DNA of 62,000 nt from Diadema setosum. Taxonomy: Eukaryota. Position numbers and translations under genes: made by a program. A model generated the notes under the pieces. The model had not been told where the DNA came from and ran no database searches. It saw only the letters and a program-made list of their open reading frames with translations. The number at the start of each line of letters is the position of its first letter. Position 1 is the first letter of the stretch. The stretch spans positions 32,922,001-32,984,000 of the forward strand of contig NC_092704.1 in the NCBI RefSeq assembly GCF_964275005.1, in the 5' to 3' direction. This document shows, in pieces, positions 50,701 through 59,832 of the stretch.

Positions 50701-53700
50701 CATAAAATGCATAAAATGCAACACATGAACGTTTACTGAAATAATCGAGGTCAATTTATCAAATTAATGTAACGATTGTCAAAGAAGCAAAATCTATCCT
50801 CTGCATTAACATCCCTCTTTGTTCTATTGTTTAAACTTAAACTATTGTTTAAAGTGTAACTAATCTATAAATCTTAGCTCATGAATTTAAGCTTTGTGAG
50901 ACTTCACTGCAGCACTAGCACGTACGAGTGCATTGAAATTCGTCTCCACTCCAGGTCTGATCTGCTTGACAGGTTCTTGTAACCGTGTCAACTGCAGTGC
51001 AGTGCCCTACGTCTGGATCTGCTCCAGTGGATGAAGCGTAACCCGGAATGCAGAAAAACTGGCACGAAGTCTTGTACTCGACAGTAGCAGAGGTGCAGTC
51101 TGCTGATTGGCCGTTGGTCACTGAAGGAACAGTACAGTTCGCAGCTGTAACACAAGAATAACAGAAATAAGCACTGTTTTATTATCAGAATAATGTTTTC
51201 GACGTAAGCGCTTAAAAAATGCATACACATAGAAGTTACTTTTGGATTTAACTTTCACAACTGCTCTCTAAAACTCATTGGCGAAAGTAATAAAAATGCA
51301 GTAGTACTCACATCTTTTTCCTCCTACCCCTCTCCTCTTCACTCAAATAAAAAGAAAGAATAAAAAGAAAGACAATAAGATGATTGCTCAGGTCTTTCCT
51401 ATTCCACATCTTTTAGGAGGTGAAGATTATTGCTGGTACATCGTCATACTTACGGTGACATGCTTGACTATAACCTGTCCAGAAGCCCACGGTCTCTCCA
51501 GATGCCATTGACCGATCACAGGTTCTTTCCACCGTGGGACCTGATCCTGGATACATCTGGTATCCAGAGTCACAAGCTATCGTACATGTTGATCCATACA
51601 CAACGCCACCTTGGCAGCTGCCCTTCCCTATCGTCAACGTGGCCGAACCGTCGTCCGGTATTTGGACTGGAGGACACCGTATGACTGGTTGGTAGCAAGG
51701 AGAGGTATAGGGAGAAAAACAGTTCAGGGAACAGTTAACTCTAAATACTTGCTGGTTATGGTTGTCATGCTATCATGTACAAGTGGCGTACGTGTAACTT
51801 TAATAACAGTAACCATTGAAAAGCATCACACCCCTAGCTTACATGAAATTTCGCAGATCTATAATTCTGTAGACTTTTTGAAATACAAAAAGACTGTAAT
51901 TTTTCTTGGAATCTTTATTAAGTTCATGAATCTTAACGAAATTGCTGTATGTCGAGGGACATGAACTCCACAAGAGAACGTATTGGTGTGAACATACCGT
52001 AGTGGTACACAACAGAGCTTCAAAGCTGCATTTATTAACTGACTAACAACTCAGTACTGGTAGGTCTCCTATTCAAGCGAATCTTACTTACCTCTGACCC
52101 TCACATCTTGTGAGCACGTAGCCGAGTTTCCAGCACTGTCCACTGCTCGGTGTACAATGGAGTGATCACCTTCAGTAAGGGACGTAGGTAGACTATTTTC
52201 CCCCATTTGCACTGAGTCAATGCTAAATACATGTGTACTTATGGCAGTCCCTCGATCGGTTGCCTGCAGAATTACGACAGTTTAGATTCAAAGTTTCATC
52301 TCATGTCAGATTTCGATAACCTTTAAGAGCTGCTTGGGAGTTGAAAACCCAGAGCCCTGTCACAACTTACAGAGATTCCAAAAAATCATATCTGCTATGG
52401 GTTACTGCTAACATGATATGGTTTATAACTGTCAACATGGCTACCAGGCCGATAGCACGGTCACTCCGGCAAAGGCCATCCCCAACAGTTAAGTTTTCTC
52501 GTTCCAACACAGCACTAATGGGTTCAGCACGATTTCATACAGCTGGGAGAGACAGACCATGTCTTGAATGTGGACAGAGAAAATTGAATTGTGTGGGATG
52601 GACTTTGTGGGAGTGACCAAGTGATTCGATAGGTTGCCATGTTGAAGGTTATGAACCACACGGGGTAATAGAGCGGTAACCGGTCCCTAAACATAAACAG
52701 GTGACAGCTTTGACGGCTTTCATTGACAGATTTCATTCATTTGTGAGACTTAAAAAAGTGCAACTTGTCATTGTTGTCCTTAAAGCTAATGTACTCGGTC
52801 ATGCATGGCATTAATAATCAGCACAATTAGGGATCAAAAGAACAGAAGAGTTCCCCTTTTCTCGCAGCATAATTTATGCTCTAGAGCACACAACTATGAA
52901 ACAACGTCCCTCGAAATTTGGATTTTTTTTTTTGATACGCACCGTATAGTAATGTGACCGCTTAATATCAGAATAACTGACAACATATTATTCTCCAAAA
53001 TATTAATTTTAACCAAGAAGATATTGTGTGTATTCGTGTGTGCGTCCTTGCGCGGGAGCTGCTGTTACCTGGGGTTGGGTCATGTTGGTCCACTGAACAG
53101 TGGCTGATGTTGTTCCTGCTTCCGCTATGAGCTCCACATCAAGGGGGCAGGTAATTACTGGTGGCGTGATATCTGATTGAAGGATAAAAAAAGAATAAGA
53201 CTGACCCTACGATTCTTTAACTGATTATGAGAAATATGCCCCCCCCCCCCAAACATACAGGTATATTTCATTAATGAAACGTACCGGTAAGTCAGGAGAC
53301 ACAATATTTTGATTCACGAATCATGAACCACGAATCATGAATCATGATGGTAGTTGCACGAAGATGAAGAGTAGATTGTAGATTTAAATGTTTTAAAAAC
53401 TTATGAATTTCATTATGTGTATTATTTGATTGTTTTTGAGATTGCGCTTTAAGACTCATTGATTTAATTTACACTACCTGAACAAGTTGTTGGAGAAGTT
53501 TCCCAAGTTCCAGTAGAGAGACACGTTCTCTGCGCAGAGCCTTCTGTCATTGTGAAGCCAGTGTTACAAGCTACCGTGCAGACGGCGCTGTAGTTTTGAC
53601 TCGGTAAAGTGGTGGGTTCGACCACGCCCATGAAAGAGCACTGGGAAATGGCGCCATTCGCAGGAGGGGTTAGGGCAGGACATGTCACAACTGAAACATC

Positions 53701-56700
53701 ACAAAATACGATCAGAATAATAAAGATATTAGGCATGCTGTCAAATATGATAGGGTATTGTGAAACTGAATCAACTGCAAAACAATCCCGAGCGGCTCTC
53801 AATTTCTGTCAGAATCTTATTCATATTTCTTTAATATAGTTATCGACCCTCCAACAAATTGTCTAAGGCAAAAGCTAGACAACAACCAAACATGCAGCAT
53901 GAAAGCAGAGGGGATATAGCTGCCAACACCTTCAGCGTGAACCGAGTTACATCATTATACAATGCAAAGTTGAGGCTTTCGTTTGAGTAGAAATTGCATT
54001 GGAAGCAGCATTTACCTTCATCAATCGCGGTATAATTTCCCTAATGCATGCATTGGGCTGACACTACTCTGTACATTGTTTATTGTCTGGTAGTCAAAAG
54101 CTTGACCATTGGACAGGTCTCACAATGCAAGGTTTTTTATAAATTGATTTTTTTTTCTTCTGCAAGGGAAGGGGGATTGATACTGTGACCACCATCTTAA
54201 ACTTACAGCGAATCTTTGCAGTTGAGACTTGTGCATGTCTAGTTCGTAGTCTCATCTACAATCCTGATTAAACGTGATTATCTACACACATAATACGTTC
54301 TCGTATTTCCAAACACTCAGCACTTCATCAGCACGCAAACAGACCCTCTGCCATTTAAACATCCATTATTGATATCTCACTTGTGCAGAAAATGTCGCTT
54401 CCTGTCCAAATTCCTTCACCATCCCCGTCACCATCATCTAAACACGTTTTTGAAACCGGTGTCGTAGGTTCATAGCCATCTTCACAGGCTAGGGTGCACG
54501 ATGTTCCGTAATCTTCTCTGTCGTTTGAGCATCCCACCCTCTTTCCATGATCTGGGGCCGATATGTCGTCAGAAGAACAGGTTATCACTGGCAGAAACAT
54601 GAGAAACAAAGAACATGTTGGTTTACTCTGTACTGTAACACCTCTGCCATTGCACATGAAAGAGTGTGTAGGCGTAACGTGTGCGATCATGATACACACA
54701 TAGTTAGAATTCCTATGGTAATTATTGCGTTTCCATTTGCACTGCACACAATCAAAACAATAGAGGACATAGCTAATTAACAAAAGTTTTGTGATTCCAC
54801 ATGAATATAAAACCTACGGCAATCGTCAAAATTCTTATAATCCGTATCTTTATACATGTAGGCCTACATCGGTCAAACCTGTCTATAGCGGTCATCCGAG
54901 TGAGACAAGAAGGTGACCTTTATAGCCAGGTGGAAGCTACAGACAAAGTTCTTGGAGGAAATTGTCTCTAGTGGCCGTAAAGGTAGGTGGCCACTATGGA
55001 CAGGTTTCAATGTACATTCCTACTCCAATTACCCCATAGCATGAAACAGTTGGACACATGTTCAATGAAATCCTAGTGTCAATTCAAGATAATAGTAAAC
55101 CTCTTATATTGTGCTATTACTAGTACATGAAATGACATTTGTAAAGTAACATGATTAAAAACAAAACATTGATGATGTTATCTGATCTCGTACTGGTCCT
55201 GAGATTGATTTTACAAACAGATTCACCAAGGAAGGTTCATAAAACAAAACCAAAAAAGGTGAAAATTAAGCAGGTGAGGAATCCTACAATTAGCACTGAT
55301 GCTATACCAGTATTCTTTTTGAGTCTGGAATGTTGTTAACATGGTTAGTCTCCGGTGACCTAACAATTTAACAACATAGCAGGGCCTACATTGGTAATGA
55401 ACATCAACATTTTCACTATTTAAGAAGGAAAAGCTCGAAAAGAATATCTTACAATGGCAAGATGGTGTATTTACACTCCAAGTGCGATCATGATGACATG
55501 TGGCAGTAGTGTTTCCTTGGAGGTAGTAACCCTGGGCACAGAAAAACTGACACTGATTTCCAGACGGTACAACATTGCCAGCTGGACAGGCGCTGGTTTC
55601 CACCATTTGAAGTGCAGCGGACAGATGGGGCTTACGACAGACTATTCCTGGAATGTAACCATGACAGAATCCAATGTTTTATTATCATAATTTCAGGACA
55701 TAATGTAATTGTGACCGTGCATCACAAACCGAACAGAAAGTCGCACGCAGTGAATTTGTGCGAGGACTGGAAATAGGTGAAATGGGTCAACCTAGCCAAT
55801 CTTGAATATTCATATTTTCTGAAAGAGCAAGTCACATTCATTTGCAAATTGTAGTCTTTATAATTATCACAACATCATTGAAAACTCACGTATCATACCG
55901 TCTTTACGATGAGCTTAAAAGATTGACTTAACTTCTTTGCAAAACACTCAAACTGTGTACTTACTCGAGCAAACGGGGATTGCCCCCGCCCAGAACGCGG
56001 ATGTGCCTCCTGGCAATGCGGTACATGTCACCTCATCATTGTTGATCTCATAACCAGTATCGCAGGAAAACTGACATTTTGTGCCGTAATCTCTGGAGCA
56101 GTTGCCGACAACTGTTCCATTTTGCAGTGAAATACTCGGGCACTGTAAAACTGATAATAATGATAGGTAAAGTTCAATTGTGAAAACATCATTTCATGAA
56201 CATTTGACAGAATGAGTGTACTAAGGTTAAAAAAAAGTTGAGAAAAAATGAAAATAAAGTTTAAAATTTGAATTTGAATTTGAAAAATAGTAACAAACAG
56301 GCGTTTTCAAGCACCAAAGGAAAAGGGGGAAAAAGTCGCCTGTGTTAAGTAATTCAATCATTATTTTTTTTTAAGGTCCATTTTATCGTTTGATGCACTA
56401 CTTCTTGGCTAAATATGACAAATATTGCATATGTGACCGTGCACCTCAAAACGAACATAAAGTCGCACACACTGATTTTGCGTGAGGACTGAAAATAAGT
56501 GAAATGGGTCAACCCAGCCGAACTTGACTTTTTCATATTTTCTGAAAGAGCGGGTCTTCTTTTACATCATGCTAAAATTTGGTTTCATAAAACGGACAGG
56601 AAAGTGTTTTTTTTTAGCAGTTTATCTCGAACATTTTTGGTAGAATAGTGTGATTAGGTGTGTCTTTAGAATCCCTTTTTCATTCCTGAAAAACCTTGTC

Positions 56701-59455
56701 CACATTCTTCACTTTCAACTCTAATAACATTTGAAAGGATAGGGCTACTGCTTTGAAAGTTGGCATTAAATATGGACAGAATGTGTTAATGAGGCATGCT
56801 TATTTTCACTTTAATCTGATAATTCCTTCATTGTTGTTACTCTGGTGGTTTACTTCTTGTTTTTTGTCCCGTTCATCGCACAGCCAGCACGGTTTGGTAA
56901 AGATTAAGCGCTTGAATAGACACTGTACTTCAGAGCCTCTTTTCTCAGTTCACACTTTTCCCGAGTTTGTGCTTTCTTTCCAATATTTAGATAGGTTAGG
57001 AGAGTCCATTTGATTTGAGTTATACATCATTTTAAAGCTTAAAGTCTGCTCTTTCAGAATATGGTCTTAACTAAAAATTTATGTCTGGCGACTTTTTGTT
57101 TGTTTTGAGGTGCAGGGTCACATATAACGCCACACTTTGTATGCGTTTCTATACTTGCTGAAGACTGACTCTGTTGGTTCAAAAGTTACACTTCCATTTT
57201 TGACCGTATTCAGTTGTCAAGAAGTCATCATTCTCACTTTGAAAAAAAAAATAGAACAGGCAAAACATATGTAATAACTTGACATACCAAAATTTGAATG
57301 AATGAACACAGAACTGTCATCCAAACAGATCACATTAGCCACTACATTTTGTGTGACAAATTAGGGTAATAAAACTCATGACTATGATTCAAATTCAAAC
57401 TTTATTTTCACTTTTTTTCCAGCAGAATGTACAAGAAACAATATGATACATTTGAAATGCAAGTCGTTGATAATATACATAGCCAGACAGGGACAACAAC
57501 ATGTTCATGTCTGCATGTTTAGTACAAAAAGAAACATACCCTCTATTTATACACTCCGTGAAAAAAGTGGAGGTTTTAAAAGAATGTTTAAAAGAATTAA
57601 AAACGCTTGAAAGTCTATGTTTATTACGTTTTAATTCAAGTAAACCTTTTTTTTCACATCTCACTGATGGGCAGAAATTTTGAACATACTTGGGCAAGAT
57701 GGAGTTCCATGTGTCCAGGCTCCATTTGACCCCTGAAGTTCACACTCTGTTGACCCTTCACCTTGAAGGCCGTACCCTACATCGCAGCTAAACGAACAGA
57801 CAGATCCACGGATATTTCCATTTGGACAAATGACACGTAGGGGCATTGACGCAGACTGTGTAGAACAATGGATAACTAAGGGGAGAGAAACGAAATTACA
57901 AAACGTGCGTACGGTGAATGAAAGCACGAGCACTTCGTTACAAAAAAAAAAAAGGAAATGTAGAACAAAGTGTCGGCAGAATAACTATTTGAAATGTAAG
58001 CAGAACGCATTCCCTACACATTGTATGAATTTAAATGTGTAAACAGCAGACGAAATGAGTAACTATTGTACACTTAGCAATATACAGCATGTCACCCTGA
58101 CGACCTCCGAGGAATTTACTAGATATGTCTTTGTGATTTCAAATCGAAAAAGATCAACTTCTTGGAAACTACCTCTGAAGGTAAGAAAAGTCTTAAAACA
58201 TCAACTGAATCTCTATGAATAGTAGTGTATGAAAATGATGTCAGAATATCAAACATGTCAATTTGACCTGAATGTAGAAAAGAATTGATCTGAGCATGGT
58301 TCAATTTCGTCCTGCCACATCATATACTGTAATCAATCTGAAATCAATCAGCATGCGTTTATCTTCCCCTTTTCTCCCTTGGTTACGCAAACAGTTCCTT
58401 CTTGCAGCAGCTGTTAAGAAAAAAAAATGTGAGCTTGTAGGTTTAACGATGTTCGATGCCTCTCTGTTCAAGGGAAGCATGATTGTAATCAGAGTGGCGG
58501 GGGTGAAAAGTACCGAAGTGATGATGTCACAGTCGTTTGTTCCAGCTGAGCGCTTCTTCTATAAAACAAGAACTCCTTGCACAAGGTTTTATGCAGTGAG
58601 CTGGAACAAGATACGAGCATTGTTAGCACCCGTTATGTTCCCAAAATATTCGGGCCACGCGAGGTATGTTTAGAACTTGTTTAGAACCAGTTACCACGGC
58701 GATGAATGCTTAGGGCGCCACGCTTCGGTACTCTGTAAGGTCGGCCTACTCTTGCGTGAGTGGATGATAACTTGATCCTGATGTTGACTTCCAGGCATTA
58801 AATGTTAGTGGTATTTTGCCTTTTTAATCATACGTTACAGTGACAGTATATTTTTGTTTAAGATATGGCTTCAGGTTTTAACTTTTGGGATTTAAGTACA
58901 AACCAATCACTAATGAAATATTTAAAGAGCATACAATTCTCAAAGGAATTCAAGATAAATTTGATGAAAACTAGTTTTAAACGGCTGAAAAATGCTACCC
59001 ACATTTTACTAAGACCACTTTTTAAAAACAATATTCTTGGATATCTCATCCATTTCAAAATCGACTAACTTTACTCTCGTAAAGCCTACTTAACAGATAT
59101 AAACATGATCGAAATCGGCACCTCAACCGAAACTATAACATCTTCACAAAAATAAACATGATCAAGGTCGGCATGATAAAAGCTTTAGTGCAGTGTCATT
59201 CACCTGCCACTGTGATAGAGAATGAACAGCTTTTCTCATTTCCCGCACTGTCCACTGCACGGTATTGGTTTTGATAGACGCCTTCACTGAACTGGCTACC
59301 GGAAGGCGACCCTTGAACCCTGACTGGAGTTATGGTCTCTCCAGAGTTGTCCATCACTGTAGGTGATGACCACGTGACCGTAGCTTTCGTAGCCAGTGCT
59401 GGGGCGTAGACACTCTGTGATGTTGGACAATGTGTGAACGAAGGTGCCATGGTGT
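35582..59455 (-). CDS. Gene B (5' partial): ~1780 aa SVEP1-like extracellular protein with 6 HYR, 14 sushi/CCP, a furin-site linker and 3 ephrin-receptor-like Cys repeats; 27 exons
   Basis: All 27 exons are bounded by AG/GT with consistent phases; joined length 5345 nt, no internal stop seen, TAA at 35584-35582. Confidence 0.92.
36094..36796 (+). mobile_element. MITE family S, full copy (last intron of gene B)
   Basis: ATAT|GTGACCCTGCACCTCAAAAC...GTTTTGAGGTGCACGGTCAC|ATAT. Confidence 0.9.
36910..37071 (-). CDS. Gene B exon: ephrin-receptor-like repeat 2
   Basis: ALCQQGSYSATGFEPCVRCERGTYQPISGQSTCLPCPAGLTTPFHSSMSIHSCQ; G|gtcagt. Confidence 0.93.
37670..37837 (-). CDS. Gene B exon: ephrin-receptor-like repeat 1
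   Basis: VACPAGHFFRSNSGNGECLPCEKGTYQDQQAQTECKPCGDGRGTIEEGARSSSQCV; G|gtgagt. Confidence 0.93.
38406..38634 (-). CDS. Gene B exon: linker, part 2
   Basis: VLEDSSSDTPLTEED...SIDCEAGFVADEMTHMC; phase 0-1, G|gtgaat. Confidence 0.87.
39007..39302 (-). CDS. Gene B exon: SVEP1-type linker, part 1, with RRRR site
   Basis: AKRKARRFNLPLRIMYYADSC...CTENQKCTAENVEVECGQGDIRRRRDAPE...TISL; phase 1-0, CTG|gtaagc. Confidence 0.88.
40590..40787 (-). CDS. Gene B exon: sushi 14
   Basis: IPCQPLRTPTHGSLACDTFAYGKYCSIMCQEDH...CGNSGQWSPSPNVPDCS; G|gtgagg. Confidence 0.92.
41046..41288 (-). CDS. Gene B exon: HYR 6 (divergent)
   Basis: EVQPIIEECPP...IPWESP...PWGDYQLVCQVMDPQSGLYAECSRNFSIK; C|gtaagt. Confidence 0.88.
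41525..41930. mobile_element. Non-autonomous element with a long terminal hairpin (Crypton-like, tentative)
   Basis: 100-bp stem-loop at 41809-41908 with a perfect 36-bp palindrome core (41842-41877); CTGTGCCC motif repeated at 41591 and 41629; TCTGATTGGTT near the left end. Confidence 0.5.
42209..42463 (-). CDS. Gene B exon: HYR 5
   Basis: DRTPPVVFSCPLAP...FTDSSNNSAFCDIHISVS; A|gtaagt. Confidence 0.9.
43043..43249 (-). CDS. Gene B exon: sushi 13
   Basis: VIGCSPL...CVLHCDSGLTLEG...CLASEVWNIPLDVESLFCV; G|gtgagg. Confidence 0.9.
44364..44552 (-). CDS. Gene B exon: sushi 12 (absent from ORF track)
   Basis: VRRCQSLVPPIHGTIEEACNDTYGGECTVSCSAGYKLIGSRRGSCEFNGNDTFWYFEQDPICE; G|gtaata. Confidence 0.92.
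45000..45239 (-). CDS. Gene B exon: HYR 4
   Basis: DIQPPTFVQCPSEVVVYAP...SARDDAGNENDCSFTVEVK; G|gtaagc. Confidence 0.93.
45819..46019 (-). CDS. Gene B exon: sushi 11
   Basis: KACSPLI...CQVECQRSGF...CTGTQTWSRNIIVAECK; G|gtgagt. Confidence 0.9.
46890..47075 (-). CDS. Gene B exon: sushi 10
   Basis: QSCPPLLP...CTMQCPHGF...CLADGVWSSTNFTCD; C|gtgagt. Confidence 0.92.
48502..48690 (-). CDS. Gene B exon: sushi 9
   Basis: VHRCPIQQPLLHG...CSFSCDEGYDLIG...WEDAPPVCQ; weak donor A|gtgggc, so the 3' boundary is less certain. Confidence 0.85.
49024..49142 (-). CDS. Gene B exon: HYR 3, C-half
   Basis: LNNHYRPGSLFPEGVTVIGYVATDAAGLTSRCEITITVQ; aag| acceptor, G|gtgagc; phase 2-1. Confidence 0.88.
49818..49953 (-). 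CDS. Gene B exon: HYR 3, N-half
   Basis: DIQPPNFNSSCPPEIRIFAPKGTTSSIVYFQDPIPSDNSGNVDVS; phase 1-2. Confidence 0.9.
50236..50433 (-). CDS. Gene B exon: sushi 8
   Basis: PKTCPGNFGIPYG...CSFACDDGFRLEG...WTHPSAPTCI; G|gtaaag. Confidence 0.92.
50926..51144 (-). CDS. Gene B exon: sushi 7
   Basis: ANCTVPSVTNG...CQFFCIPGY...CQADQTWSGDEFQCT; C|gtacgt. Confidence 0.9.
51454..51684 (-). CDS. Gene B exon: sushi 6
   Basis: VIRCPPVQIPDDG...YGSTCTIACDSGY...WTGYSQACH; C|gtaagt. Confidence 0.92.
52092..52263 (-). CDS. Gene B exon: HYR 2, C-half
   Basis: ATDRGTAIST...EGDHSIVHRAVDSAGNSATCSQDVRVR; phase 0-1, G|gtaagt. Confidence 0.9.
53069..53172 (-). CDS. Gene B exon: HYR 2, N-half
   Basis: DITPPVITCPLDVELIAEAGTTSATVQWTNMTQPQ; phase 1-0. 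Confidence 0.9.
53478..53690 (-). CDS. Gene B exon: sushi 5
   Basis: VTCPALTPPANG...CTVACNTGF...WETSPTTCS; cag| and G|gtagtg. Confidence 0.9.
54381..54587 (-). CDS. Gene B exon: sushi 4
   Basis: ITCSSDDISAPDHG...CTLACEDGY...CLDDGDGDGEGIWTGSDIFCT; cag| and A|gtgaga. Confidence 0.92.
54870..55012. mobile_element. pogo/Tc1-mariner-like MITE relic
   Basis: CGGTCAAACCTGTCTATAG...CTATGGACAGGTTTCAATG|TA inverted ends. Confidence 0.6.
55453..55647 (-). CDS. Gene B exon: sushi 3
   Basis: IVCRKPHL...CQFFCAQGYYLQG...WSVNTPSCH; cag| and T|gtaaga. Confidence 0.92.
55711..55833 (-). mobile_element. Terminal fragment of MITE family S
   Basis: AATT|GTGACCGTGCATCACAAACCGAACAGAAAGTCGCAC. Confidence 0.75.
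55965..56150 (-). CDS. Gene B exon: sushi 2 (absent from ORF track)
   Basis: LQCPSISLQNGTVVGNCSRDYGTKCQFSCDTGYEINNDEVTCTALPGGTSAFWAGAIPVCS; cag| and A|gtaagt. Confidence 0.92.
56433..57121 (-). mobile_element. MITE family S, full copy
   Basis: ATAT|GTGACCGTGCACCTC...GAGGTGCAGGGTCAC|ATAT; reverse complement of 36094-36796. Confidence 0.9.
57690..57875 (-). CDS. Gene B exon: sushi 1
   Basis: VIHCSTQ...CSFSCDVGYGLQG...WTHGTPSCP; tag| and A|gtatgt. Confidence 0.92.
59204..59455 (-). CDS. Gene B exon: HYR 1
   Basis: DTMAPSFTHCPTSQSVYAP...YRAVDSAGNEKSCSFSITVA; cag| and G|gtgaat. Confidence 0.93.
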
Positions 59456-59478
59456 CTGTGATCAAAATGGAATGTTAA

Positions 59479-59832
59479 AGGCATATTTTACCATTTGCAG
59501 ATGAAACAAAAAACCCAACATCATTGCTTCAAAATAGTTCTAAAATGTGAGTTAGGGATAGAAACAACCAATGTAAAAATTTGAACAAGTTTAATCGATG
59601 TAAAGTATTGTTGAATATATAAAATGTGAACAATAGTTCTAATAAAAATGCTTCCAGACTAAACTGTCCACAGTTATGGTTTAATGAGAAAAATAGTGAT
59701 ATCTCCTTATATTTTAGGCTTAGTTGCTAAATATGGTACATTGTTTTGTGAAACAACTGACCTACACATATGCATTAAAAGTGATATCTTGAACATTTCT
59801 GAAATCACTGTTCCCAAAGGTAAACGGGACCT
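59479..59832. mobile_element. Kolobok-like MITE just upstream of the HYR 1 exon acceptor
   Basis: TTAA|AGGCATATTTTACCATTTG...CAAAGGTAAACGGGACCT|TTAG. Confidence 0.55.

Noticed and set aside
58296..58673. 125-aa plus-strand ORF in a gene B intron
   Set aside because: No recognisable domain or splice structure; likely chance or decayed repeat
35582..59455. Assigning the symbol SVEP1 or hyalin to gene B
   Set aside because: The architecture differs (no vWA, EGF or pentraxin seen, and not a pure HYR array), and orthology cannot be established without a phylogeny
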